DNA of 64,000 bases, from contig CALCGJ010000247.1 of assembly GCA_937900965.1 (NCBI GenBank), positions 752-64,751 on the forward strand, written 5' to 3'. Positions 54,621 to 62,859 of this stretch are shown here, piece after piece. The DNA is from an uncultured Bacteroidota bacterium (lineage in GTDB: Bacteria > Bacteroidota > Bacteroidia > Bacteroidales > FEN-979). Under the pieces are notes generated by a model. It had not been told where the DNA came from and did not search any database. It saw nothing but the letters and a program-made list of their open reading frames with translations. A program made the translations under genes and the position numbers. Positions within the stretch are counted from its first letter, which is position 1. Every line of letters begins with the position of its first letter.

Positions 54621-55570
54621 TTGATATAATCCTTCATAGTGGGTTTCACACTCTTCGAAATCATTCTATAACCCAATGTAATTTCATGAGTTCCGCTAGA
54701 TTTACCCATCATCGCTGAGGGCGAATACTCATATGTATAGTTGAACATCAGGCCTTTACCTATTCTCAAACCCCCTGTAACCCCAATGATATTGTTTTTT
54801 CTGTACAGGAGCCCAAACCATGCCATCTCCTTATAAACAGCCCTTGCAGCCACATCGAACGACCAGGGGGTATATTGAGTTTGACGGTAGAGGAACGAAA
54901 ACCTGGCTCCCCAATCACCTTTTGTCTGCAAATGGTATCCCAGGTATACCAGAAAATTCCTGTCCAATGTGAGGACATGAGAATAAACCTTGTCACTGTT
55001 GTAGAATGATCTGTTATTGAATAGCAATGGTAATGTAACACAAGCTTCAAGGGTTTTCCATGAGTAAAGGAGGCCCAGCCCCATGTTGAAATAGGATTCC
55101 GATATGGAACTTCTGCCAGCAAGCACCGGATCATTTGGATCTGCCAGTACTGCGTTGGTCAAATCCAGCACATTCTGATAATAGGTACCATTGATACCGA
55201 AACTAAGGGAATGGTCCATAGCCAGTGTCAGGTGATACGCGTAATTGAGATTAACTGTAAGATTTTCAAGCGGGCCGGCAACGTTATACAGGATATTCCC
55301 GCCAATACCCATATTTTTCGGGAGTTCTCCGGACAGATTAATTGCTCCGATTATTGGGTGACCACTTATATTGGTCCATTCTATTCTACTGGTAGCGAAG
55401 ACTTCAAATGGCGACTCCTTCCCGGCAAATGCAGGAGAGATGCTTGAAGGGGTGACCAGGTACTGGTCCATGATCGGAAACTGCTGGGAAAGAGCAGCTC
55501 CGGAGAGGATAACCAGTAAAAGCAAGGTCGATAGTCCTTTTTTAAGCATCCTGTTCATATCAGAAATCAC
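54617..55570 (-). CDS. PorP/SprF-family type IX secretion membrane protein
   Basis: 317 aa with a signal peptide followed by QQFPIMDQYLVTPSSISPAFAGKE, which matches the family's N-terminal signature. The rest has beta-barrel character. Confidence 0.8.
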   Translation of the reverse strand: MISDMNRMLKKGLSTLLLLVILSGAALSQQFPIMDQYLVTPSSISPAFAGKESPFEVFATSRIEWTNISGHPIIGAINLSGELPKNMGIGGNILYNVAGPLENLTVNLNYAYHLTLAMDHSLSFGINGTYYQNVLDLTNAVLADPNDPVLAGRSSISESYFNMGLGLLYSWKTLEACVTLPLLFNNRSFYNSDKVYSHVLTLDRNFLVYLGYHLQTKGDWGARFSFLYRQTQYTPWSFDVAARAVYKEMAWFGLLYRKNNIIGVTGGLRIGKGLMFNYTYEYSPSAMMGKSSGTHEITLGYRMISKSVKPTMKDYIK

Positions 55571-55591
55571 CTGTGTGATTTGTGTCTCCTT

Positions 55592-56629
55592 CTATTTTAC
55601 AATATTGATTGTACCTTTCTGCAGATTTCCATCCAAACAGCGCAGGAAGTAGTAGTATGTATCGTTTGAAAGAGGCTTCCCGTTGTAAGTCCCATCCCAT
55701 TCATTGTTGTATGGGGAGGCTGAAAACACCTTCTGTCCCCATCGGTCGAAAATATCTGCCTGACACGGTTCTATCTCAGCCAGGTTTAATATTTCCCACC
55801 TATCATTGAACCCATCCCCGTTAGGGGTAATCACTGTCATGATTCTAACAGAGTGGTCCTCTACAGCACTAACCGAAAAATATTTTTCACCATAGCATCC
55901 GTCGAGAAAACCCTGAACGAAATAATACCCTGATTCGCGGATAATGATCGAATTGGTTCGTTCACCTGTGCTCCAGAAGACACTGTCATATGTTCCAACG
56001 ATAAAGGCTACAACGCTGTCGCCCAAGGGAAAAACAGTATCACCCGAAAACGAGACATCTATAACGGGAGGATTTTGGATCGCAATGGTTGTTCTGGTGG
56101 AATCAATGCATCCTGAAGCTGTGATAACTGTAAGGCCCACTGAATAATTTCCTGCCAGAGTGTAATTGTGTGTAGGATTGGGTTGAAAACTACCCGGTGT
56201 CCCGTCTCCGAAACTCCAGATATATTGAAAAGCAACATCTTCAATGATAATTGATTCATCGAAAAAATAGACAGGCAGATTCCGGCAGGAAAAATTATAA
56301 GAGAAGCCAACCTGCAGGGAGACAACCGGTACCGATTTATAAACAGCATCCTGATCACCGTTAAAGGCAATAACCTGGACGCCAATATTATAGGCACCAG
56401 CAGAAGAAAAGTTTATTTTCACCGTATCGCCAAAGGCATCACCGAATTTCCCGTTTCCATCCAGGTCCCACAACACCCGAAAAATGCTGTCGTAAGGTGT
56501 AGATGTGCTGACCAACATGGTCTGTGTTCCTACACATACCTTTGTAAACTGGAAGTCGGCCTTAATAGCCAATAAAGAGGCAGGCAGCAGTGTAAGCGAT
56601 ATGAGTATAAAAATGGCGGTCTTCTTCAC
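55592..56629 (-). CDS. PKD-domain protein with a T9SS type B (gliding-motility-associated) C-terminal domain
   Basis: 345 aa with PKD-like segments (WDLDGNGKFGD, WSFGDGTPG). The C-terminus is ITPNGDGFNDRWEI...DIFDRWGQKVF...WDGTYNGKPLSNDTYYYFL. Confidence 0.8.
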   Translation of the reverse strand: MKKTAIFILISLTLLPASLLAIKADFQFTKVCVGTQTMLVSTSTPYDSIFRVLWDLDGNGKFGDAFGDTVKINFSSAGAYNIGVQVIAFNGDQDAVYKSVPVVSLQVGFSYNFSCRNLPVYFFDESIIIEDVAFQYIWSFGDGTPGSFQPNPTHNYTLAGNYSVGLTVITASGCIDSTRTTIAIQNPPVIDVSFSGDTVFPLGDSVVAFIVGTYDSVFWSTGERTNSIIIRESGYYFVQGFLDGCYGEKYFSVSAVEDHSVRIMTVITPNGDGFNDRWEILNLAEIEPCQADIFDRWGQKVFSASPYNNEWDGTYNGKPLSNDTYYYFLRCLDGNLQKGTINIVK

Positions 56630-56644
56630 CGGCAGGCCTTTTTT

Positions 56645-57949
56645 TTATTCTACTTCGATTAATTCCACGTCAAACAGAAGTGTGCTGAATGGTGTTATCA
56701 GTCCCATACTGCGATCCTTGTAGCCAATGGACGACGGAATAATAAAGGAAGCTTTTCCGCCGACATTCATCAGGGCAATACCTTCGTCCCAGCCCTGGAT
56801 CACCTGACCTTGCCCCAGTGTAAAAGAGAAAGGTTCTTCCCGGTCAAGGGAGGAATCAAACTTCGTTCCATCAAGCAAGGTACCTGTGTAATGAACTTTC
56901 ACCTTTTTACCAGCTTCGGCTCTTGCTCCGGTTCCCTTTTCTGTTTCAATATAATACAAACCACTGGGGGTAGGTTTTACAGTGATATTTTTCGCCTTCA
57001 GGTAGGCGTTTAGTTTACTGGCCTCCTGTTGTTTTGCTAATCCTGCTTTCATCTCTTCTTCTTTTTTCTTGTTTGCCGTCATCTTTGCTACTTCACTGGC
57101 AGTCATAACGTCGAGCACCTCTACATCATATACGAGTGTAGAGAAGGGTGGAATGACAGCTCCTCTTCCAGCTGCTCCAAAAGCAATCCCACTGGGGACA
57201 ATAAACTTCGCTTTGCCCCCTTTCTTCATCAAACTAACCCCCTGGTCGAACCCGGGCGTATCAAATGGTTTTCCACAGGTGAGCTGCATTGGCTCTCCAC
57301 GGTCATACGAGGAAAATACCTGAGAACCGTTGGCAAGCGCGAGGTTGAAGTGGAAGGTAACCTGATCCCCCGTTTCGATCGCTCTACCGTTGCCAGGAAC
57401 AGTTTCAATGAAATACAGTCCTGTCTCAAGAGGCTGCGCAGTAATCCCGTTAGTTGCGATATATTCATTCAATATTCCTTCCTCTTTCGATGCCAGTGAT
57501 TCCATTGACTCTGCTGAATGAAGAGTGACATAAAACCTCAGGTATGAGTTGGTGTCAATAAATTCGGGCCGTTTCGGCATTTTAAATGTAATCGTAAAAA
57601 GAGAGTCAGCATTGATCAGGAACTCAGCACTATCGCCAGGCGAGAGCATGCGTATCCCTTCGTAGAGATCACCAGCGAAATCTGAGGGGGGTAACTGAAA
57701 CCGGATCGGTTGTCCTTCCATTCCGGTTTTACTGTCAAACAATATCGAATCACTTTCAGTGATATATTTCATATCAAGTGAAACAAAATCACCGGTCTTT
57801 GCTTTCACCGTATCTTCGCTGACACTGTAAAGTTTATAATATAATCCCGAATCTGTCTTATCAAAACCTGAGAATTTTGAGGTACAACCAAACGAGGTTA
57901 TCGCAACCATCACCAAGATGGCAAATGGGTTAATCAACACTTTTTTCAT
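56645..57949 (-). CDS. FKBP-type peptidyl-prolyl isomerase, multi-domain lipoprotein
   Basis: 434 aa with a lipobox (SFGC). One degenerate and two canonical FKBP domains are present (GDQVTFHFNLALANGSQVFSS..., GKKVKVHYTGTLLDGTKFDSS...VIQGWDEGI). Confidence 0.85.
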   Translation of the reverse strand: MKKVLINPFAILVMVAITSFGCTSKFSGFDKTDSGLYYKLYSVSEDTVKAKTGDFVSLDMKYITESDSILFDSKTGMEGQPIRFQLPPSDFAGDLYEGIRMLSPGDSAEFLINADSLFTITFKMPKRPEFIDTNSYLRFYVTLHSAESMESLASKEEGILNEYIATNGITAQPLETGLYFIETVPGNGRAIETGDQVTFHFNLALANGSQVFSSYDRGEPMQLTCGKPFDTPGFDQGVSLMKKGGKAKFIVPSGIAFGAAGRGAVIPPFSTLVYDVEVLDVMTASEVAKMTANKKKEEEMKAGLAKQQEASKLNAYLKAKNITVKPTPSGLYYIETEKGTGARAEAGKKVKVHYTGTLLDGTKFDSSLDREEPFSFTLGQGQVIQGWDEGIALMNVGGKASFIIPSSIGYKDRSMGLITPFSTLLFDVELIEVE

Positions 57950-57979
57950 AATCTATTCAATTTCAATACTTGTTTATAT

Positions 57980-58924
57980 TTATTTTACTTCTAAAATTTC
58001 AACCTCATAAATCAAAGGGGTAAAAGGCGGGATGTATCCCTCAACTCCTTCTTCCCCGTATGCTAAATCGGACGGAACAACCAGCAGGCCATGTCCACCC
58101 TGTTTCATATATGACAACCCTTCATTCCAGCCCGCGAAAGTAATAGAATCGCCATGTAGATACTGAAAGGGCTGATACCTCATTAAGGAGTCAAATATAT
58201 CATTTTTCACAGCGATATCTTGTTTCGTTGTCTCAAAGATTTCACCATTTATGAACATTGCAGTATAATCTACTTTTACAGATTTTCCCGGCTCTACAGC
58301 AGGGCCATCACCCCTCTCAAATTCAATATAATAAAGCCCTGACTCCGTTGGGTTTACACGAATATTGTTTTGCTCAATATAAGAACGGATATCACTCTCT
58401 TCCCGCTCCTTAAGATCGGCCTTCAATCTGTCAACCCGTTCCTTATAGGTCTCTTTTTCCTGTTCAAATACTTCCCGGGGCATAACATCATGTAATTTAG
58501 CATCCATGAAGACATCTGTAGTAAGATCAATAAAATCAGGATACTCCTGAATTTCAAAATCCAGAAGAAAGAGGGAGTCTCCATCGATGATAAAGGTAGC
58601 GCTATCTCCCACAGCCATTAACAGAAATGCATCGTACAAATCCCCCGGGAATTTGGGTTCGAGAATCTCAAACTGATAGGGTACAGTGAGATCCCTGGAA
58701 CTGACAAAGAAGACTGTGTCTGCTGTTCTGAATATTACATCGGCTGTAACTATGTCTCCAACCAGAACGCCTATCCCTGCCTTGTTCTGCTGATGAAACA
58801 TATATGTCAAACCTTCGGGAGTGGTACTGAATCCATCCTGATCAGATTGGCATCCCCATCCAAAAATAAGAGGAATGATAAAAAGCAGGCTCAACAGCCT
58901 TTCCATGTTGGGGTTGTAGTTCAT
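57980..58924 (-). CDS. FKBP-type peptidyl-prolyl isomerase (degenerate N-terminal plus canonical C-terminal domain)
   Basis: 314 aa with a lipobox-like FGWGC. The C-terminal FKBP core is GKSVKVDYTAMFINGEIFETT...FAGWNEGLSYMKQGG. Confidence 0.8.
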   Translation of the reverse strand: MNYNPNMERLLSLLFIIPLIFGWGCQSDQDGFSTTPEGLTYMFHQQNKAGIGVLVGDIVTADVIFRTADTVFFVSSRDLTVPYQFEILEPKFPGDLYDAFLLMAVGDSATFIIDGDSLFLLDFEIQEYPDFIDLTTDVFMDAKLHDVMPREVFEQEKETYKERVDRLKADLKEREESDIRSYIEQNNIRVNPTESGLYYIEFERGDGPAVEPGKSVKVDYTAMFINGEIFETTKQDIAVKNDIFDSLMRYQPFQYLHGDSITFAGWNEGLSYMKQGGHGLLVVPSDLAYGEEGVEGYIPPFTPLIYEVEILEVK

Positions 58925-58930
58925 TTTAGT

Positions 58931-59485
58931 TTATTTAATCGTTTCTAAATCAAGAATATCCACATCATACACCAAGGTAGCCCCTGGAGGTATCTTCTGC
59001 TGGTCGCCAAGGAGACCAAACGCCAGGTAAGATGGGATAATAAACTTAGCCCGATCTCCTTGGCGAAGTAATAGCATGCCCTCCTCCAGGCCTGTCTCAA
59101 CTCCACCATGCCCCAGAATAAATGACTTAGGCCCCAAAGAATCTGAAGAGTAGGCTAATTTTCCGTTGAGCAACTTCACTGAATATTGGAAGCGTACAAG
59201 CATACCTTCTTTGGCTTGTATGCCATTACCCATTTGGTATATGAGGTAGCGCAACCCGGTGGTACTTTTCTTCATATCCCAGCGGTACCTGTTCAGGAAG
59301 TTTTCAATTTCCTGCTCTTCACTTTTGACAATTCCGCGGTTGTAGTCAATCAGCTTTGTATCGGTGAGACGAATGTGCGAAGTACCTGATACTCTACGGG
59401 GTGACTCTCTGCATGAGCTGAAGACAGTCATGAAAACAAGAAATCCAATGAACAGGAGTTCTTTTGCTATTTTGACTTGTATCAT
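58931..59485 (-). CDS. FKBP-type peptidyl-prolyl isomerase lipoprotein (GldI-sized)
   Basis: 184 aa with a lipobox (FSSC) and FKBP core GMLVRFQYSVKLLNGKLAYSS...GLEEGMLLLRQGD. Confidence 0.8.
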   Translation of the reverse strand: MIQVKIAKELLFIGFLVFMTVFSSCRESPRRVSGTSHIRLTDTKLIDYNRGIVKSEEQEIENFLNRYRWDMKKSTTGLRYLIYQMGNGIQAKEGMLVRFQYSVKLLNGKLAYSSDSLGPKSFILGHGGVETGLEEGMLLLRQGDRAKFIIPSYLAFGLLGDQQKIPPGATLVYDVDILDLETIK

Positions 59486-60504
59486 TAACGGACCCCTGAT
59501 AAGGCATCCCTGTAGGAAGGAAGCAGTTGTTGAAATTTTTTAACAGTCTCTTCCATAGTAAGATAACTTGTTGCTCCTGAAGCATTTACATGCCCTCCCC
59601 CATCGAAATGGTCGCGGGCGAGTCGTTCTACTGAGAAGTTGCCTTTTGACCTGAATGAGATCCGGATTGTATTGTCACGCTCGGAGAAGAGAGCTGCCAG
59701 GTTAATCCCTTCAATAGAAAGTGCATAGTTTACAACCCCTTCGGTATCTCCTATCTGGTATTTAAACCGATCCAGATCTTCAGCAGAGAGATAGATGTAG
59801 GCCGTATGAAACTCCGGTATCACTACCAGTTTGTCGCTTAAGGAAAATCCCAGCAAACGCAACCGGTGCTCTGAATAGGTATCGTAAATTAACCTGTGGA
59901 TACGTGCTCCATCAATACCACACCTGAAAAGGGCCGCCGTCACTTCGTAGGTCTCCACATGGTTACATGAGTAGCTAAAAGATCCGGTATCGGTAATAAT
60001 TCCAGTATATAATGCTTCGGCTATCTCAGTGTCAATCAGTTTTTCATCTCCCATTGCACGGATGAAGTCGAAGATCAGTTCAGCAGTCGAGGAGGTGTTG
60101 GTGACTGACATGGCCAAATCGTAATGGTTCGCAGGGTAGAGGTGGTGATCCAAAAGGATCTTTGTAGCAGATGCCTCTTTAACCGGGATAAAGGCATCCT
60201 GAAGTCTGCTTAAATCGTTATAATCCAGGGAGAAAATGACAGTAGCATCGGAAATTGCCCGGAGAGTCTGTTCTTTTTGCCGGGTAAAGACAAGAATCTT
60301 CTCAGTGTTGGCCAGCCAGGCCAGGAACGATGGAAAAGGATCAGGAACCATTACAGCGACAGAGTGCCCCTTCATGGTAAGATACCTGTACAAAGCAAGG
60401 GATGATCCAATGGCATCCCCGTCGGGATTCGTATGAGTTGTCAGTAAAATATTCTGTTGGGAAGCCAGCAGCTCTTTTACTTTCGGGAAATCTGTATTTT
60501 CCAA
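59485..60504 (-). CDS. nrnA: DHH/DHHA1 phosphoesterase, NrnA-type oligoribonuclease / pAp phosphatase
   Basis: 339 aa with HTNPDGDAIGS, DHH (LLDHH) and GGGH (DGGGHVNASG). The start is TTG. The stop overlaps the next ATG (TAATG). Confidence 0.85.
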   Translation of the reverse strand: MENTDFPKVKELLASQQNILLTTHTNPDGDAIGSSLALYRYLTMKGHSVAVMVPDPFPSFLAWLANTEKILVFTRQKEQTLRAISDATVIFSLDYNDLSRLQDAFIPVKEASATKILLDHHLYPANHYDLAMSVTNTSSTAELIFDFIRAMGDEKLIDTEIAEALYTGIITDTGSFSYSCNHVETYEVTAALFRCGIDGARIHRLIYDTYSEHRLRLLGFSLSDKLVVIPEFHTAYIYLSAEDLDRFKYQIGDTEGVVNYALSIEGINLAALFSERDNTIRISFRSKGNFSVERLARDHFDGGGHVNASGATSYLTMEETVKKFQQLLPSYRDALSGVR

Positions 60505-60529
60505 GTGATTTAGGTTCGTAAGTAGAGTG

Positions 60530-60537
60530 CAAAATTA
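60530..60537 (-). promoter_or_regulatory. TAnnTTTG box on the minus strand (TAATTTTG)
   Basis: Plus-strand CAAAATTA lies 26 nt upstream of the minus-strand start at 60504. Confidence 0.45.
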
Positions 60538-60557
60538 AGATAAATTAAAATTATCCG

Positions 60558-60565
60558 TAATTTTG
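60558..60565 (+). promoter_or_regulatory. TAnnTTTG box (TAATTTTG)
   Basis: Perfect motif ending 18 nt before the ATG at 60584. It overlaps the TTG at 60563 used by the ORF track, which argues against that start. Confidence 0.5.
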
Positions 60566-60583
60566 CTGAAAATCAATTTAATT

Positions 60584-61006
60584 ATGACTGGTTATAAGAC
60601 ATTTACGATGATAAAGCCCCTTGCCGTTGAGCAGGGATATGCAGGAAAGATCCTTGACAGGATCCTGAAAGAGGGTTACCGGGTGATCTCCCTTAAGATG
60701 GTTCATCTTTGCAAACGGGAAGCTGAAGCCTTTTATGAAGTACATAAAGATCGTCCTTTTTTTAAAGAACTTACCAGTTACATGGCTTCAGGGCCTATTG
60801 TAGCAGCCATCCTGAAAAAAGAGAATGCTGTTCAGGATTATCGTACGTTGATTGGAGCTACAAACCCGGCAGAAGCAGCCGAAGGAACCATTCGCAAACT
60901 ATATGGAACCGACCTTGGCAAGAACGCCGTTCACGGATCAGATTCGGATGAGAATGCTGAAATTGAGTGTAGCTTCTTCTTCTCCGGAATGGAAAAGATG
61001 TGGTAG
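60584..61006 (+). CDS. ndk: nucleoside diphosphate kinase
   Basis: 140 aa starting from the ATG at 60584. Motifs are [20 protein letters not shown] and the active-site NAVHGSDS. Confidence 0.95.
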   Translation: MTGYKTFTMIKPLAVEQGYAGKILDRILKEGYRVISLKMVHLCKREAEAFYEVHKDRPFFKELTSYMASGPIVAAILKKENAVQDYRTLIGATNPAEAAEGTIRKLYGTDLGKNAVHGSDSDENAEIECSFFFSGMEKMW

Positions 61007-61105
61007 GGACGAGGCATGCCTCGTCCGAGGGTCGAGGTGACAGGGTCGAGGGACGAGGTGACAGGGTCGAGGGTCGAGGTTCGAAGTAGGGACGAGGCAT
61101 GCCTC
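61003..61105. repeat. composite repeat: two direct copies of GTAGGGACGAGGCATGCCTC bracketing a heptamer array (AGGGTCG family, about 9 units)
   Basis: Read directly from the sequence. The 20-nt copies lie at 61003-61022 and 61086-61105. The first is part of the perfect palindrome GGACGAGGCATGCCTCGTCC. The heptamer units lie at 61028-61090. The repeat begins on the ndk TAG stop. Confidence 0.9.
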
Positions 61106-61115
61106 TTCCTTACAA

Positions 61116-62816
61116 TTATAGTTGCAGTCTCTGGATAATTTTTGTTTCAAAAAAGGCCGGGCCATCCAGGCTTTGGAGTTTCAGGATATAGATTCCTGGC
61201 CTCATGGATGGAAGGGAGTTGAGGCTGATCGTATTTTCACCAACCATGCACCGGATGTCATTTCGGGTATAGAGTTGTTTTCCGGTAATATCAACTATCT
61301 GAACCTGTAAGGTTTGTGCCACAAGAACATGAACCTTAACATGGATCGACTCCTTTCCATAAGATGGGTTTGGGTATACCACCAGCGATCCTTCACTGTA
61401 TACAGGATCAACTCCGGTAAGTCGTTCATATGCCGTGTAGAGATTCGGAATCCCATAACCTAAGTATTTATCAGGACTGGTAAACTGAGAAGCCGATTCT
61501 TCAATAGCCATTTTCAGTGTTGCATTTGAAAAACCCGGAAAAGCCTGCCACAAACAAGCAGCCGAACCTGCCATTACCGGAGAGGAGAAGGAGGTTCCAC
61601 TGCCCCGGGTCACCGTTCCGTCATTGCCGGAAATAACGGTAAGCTGTCCCATTGCTGCAACATTGGGTTTGACGTACAAGCCGTCAACCACACCTGTTGA
61701 ACTGAAGGAGGCATAGTTGCCTAACGAATCCACCGCAGCTATTGAAAGGACGTCGGTTCCGTCGGAAGGAGCGCTTACACAGTTCCAGTTTGGATTGTTC
61801 CCTTCATTTCCGGCACTGTTGACAACCAGGATCCCTTTGCTGAAAGCAATGTTTGCACCACGGGTAACAGGAGTTGTGTTGCCAGTCATATCAGTGCATG
61901 TATGACTTTGAGTAGAATCATCAAAAACTGTATATCCCAGGGATGAATTGATGACATCAGCACCTACACTATCGGCAAATTCAGCCGCACATACCCAATT
62001 ATACTCTTCAATAAGATATTCGGTACCGCCATCTTCCGACCTCAGCAACCAGTAATCAGCTTTGGGAGCTGTTCCAATCAGCTGTCCGGGGACATATCCT
62101 CCCATAATAGAGAGGACGCTTTTACCATGTGTATGCCCAATGTAGACATTCCCACCCGGATTGACAAAGTCGCGGGTACCCAGAATCTGGTTGTTGGCCC
62201 AGAGACTATCAAAAGGAGCCAGTTGGTCAACCAGATTAAATCCCGCATCCAGTATGGCAATCACCATGCCTTCGCCACGGAACCCAAGGTCGTGCAGCAT
62301 ATCGGTGCGAACCATGTGCACCTGGTCATAAGATATGCCGTAATCAGTTGAATCAGAGATCTTCAAAGGAACACCAGGGGGTGAAATAAGAGGCAACACC
62401 GACATCTGTTCCAGTGCAAATTTATCCTCGACCGGAGCAGGTTTTATAACCATTCCGCTACTTTTCAACACGTTGGTTACAAACGGCAGTTGTTCGATCT
62501 CAGCAACCTTGAACGGGTCAAGAGTATAGATCGTTATTCCGTTAAACCATTTGGAGCGTGTAATCACGTCGACTCCAATCAGGCTGACCTCCTCAACATA
62601 AGAGGGACTAACAGGCAGATCATTCTCCTCGATCGGGATTCCTGCAACAGCCCTTCTGTCAAGTGCCCGCTGCGAGAGAAACTCCCAGGGCCTGTCGATT
62701 GAGTAAGGCGAATTGCCTTTATTTGTAAATTCCACGAAATATTTATCGGGTGCTACTTGCGACGTTACTACCAGATAGAATAAAAAGAAAAGGAGTGTTG
62801 CGGTTATCTTTCTCAT
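61116..62816 (-). CDS. S8 (subtilisin-family) serine peptidase with a T9SS type A C-terminal sorting domain
   Basis: 566 aa with a signal peptide. The catalytic triad contexts are AILDAGF (D), HTHGKS (H) and GTSFSSPVMAG (S). The C-terminus is VVYPNPSYGKE...GIYILKLQS. Confidence 0.9.
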   Translation of the reverse strand: MRKITATLLFFLFYLVVTSQVAPDKYFVEFTNKGNSPYSIDRPWEFLSQRALDRRAVAGIPIEENDLPVSPSYVEEVSLIGVDVITRSKWFNGITIYTLDPFKVAEIEQLPFVTNVLKSSGMVIKPAPVEDKFALEQMSVLPLISPPGVPLKISDSTDYGISYDQVHMVRTDMLHDLGFRGEGMVIAILDAGFNLVDQLAPFDSLWANNQILGTRDFVNPGGNVYIGHTHGKSVLSIMGGYVPGQLIGTAPKADYWLLRSEDGGTEYLIEEYNWVCAAEFADSVGADVINSSLGYTVFDDSTQSHTCTDMTGNTTPVTRGANIAFSKGILVVNSAGNEGNNPNWNCVSAPSDGTDVLSIAAVDSLGNYASFSSTGVVDGLYVKPNVAAMGQLTVISGNDGTVTRGSGTSFSSPVMAGSAACLWQAFPGFSNATLKMAIEESASQFTSPDKYLGYGIPNLYTAYERLTGVDPVYSEGSLVVYPNPSYGKESIHVKVHVLVAQTLQVQIVDITGKQLYTRNDIRCMVGENTISLNSLPSMRPGIYILKLQSLDGPAFFETKIIQRLQL

Positions 62817-62824
62817 TTTTGAAA

Positions 62825-62832
62825 TATATTTG
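62825..62832 (+). promoter_or_regulatory. TAnnTTTG box (TATATTTG)
   Basis: Perfect motif ending 27 nt before the ATG at 62860. Confidence 0.5.
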
Positions 62833-62859
62833 TGGTGTAAAAGTACAAAAAATCAGGCT

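Noticed and set aside
60563-60583. TTG start at 60563 for ndk given by the ORF track
   Set aside because: It overlaps the TAATTTTG promoter box. The ATG at 60584 gives the normal 140-aa protein.
5363-61105. Possibility that the short tandem arrays are CRISPR arrays or minisatellite coding repeats
   Set aside because: The units are only 7-8 nt with no spacers, no cas genes are present, and the arrays are intergenic.
60852-61165. ORFs 60852-61040 (plus), 60858-61100 and 60938-61165 (minus), which translate to repetitive PRPSTLS-type peptides
   Set aside because: They are artefacts of translating the heptamer array between ndk and the protease.
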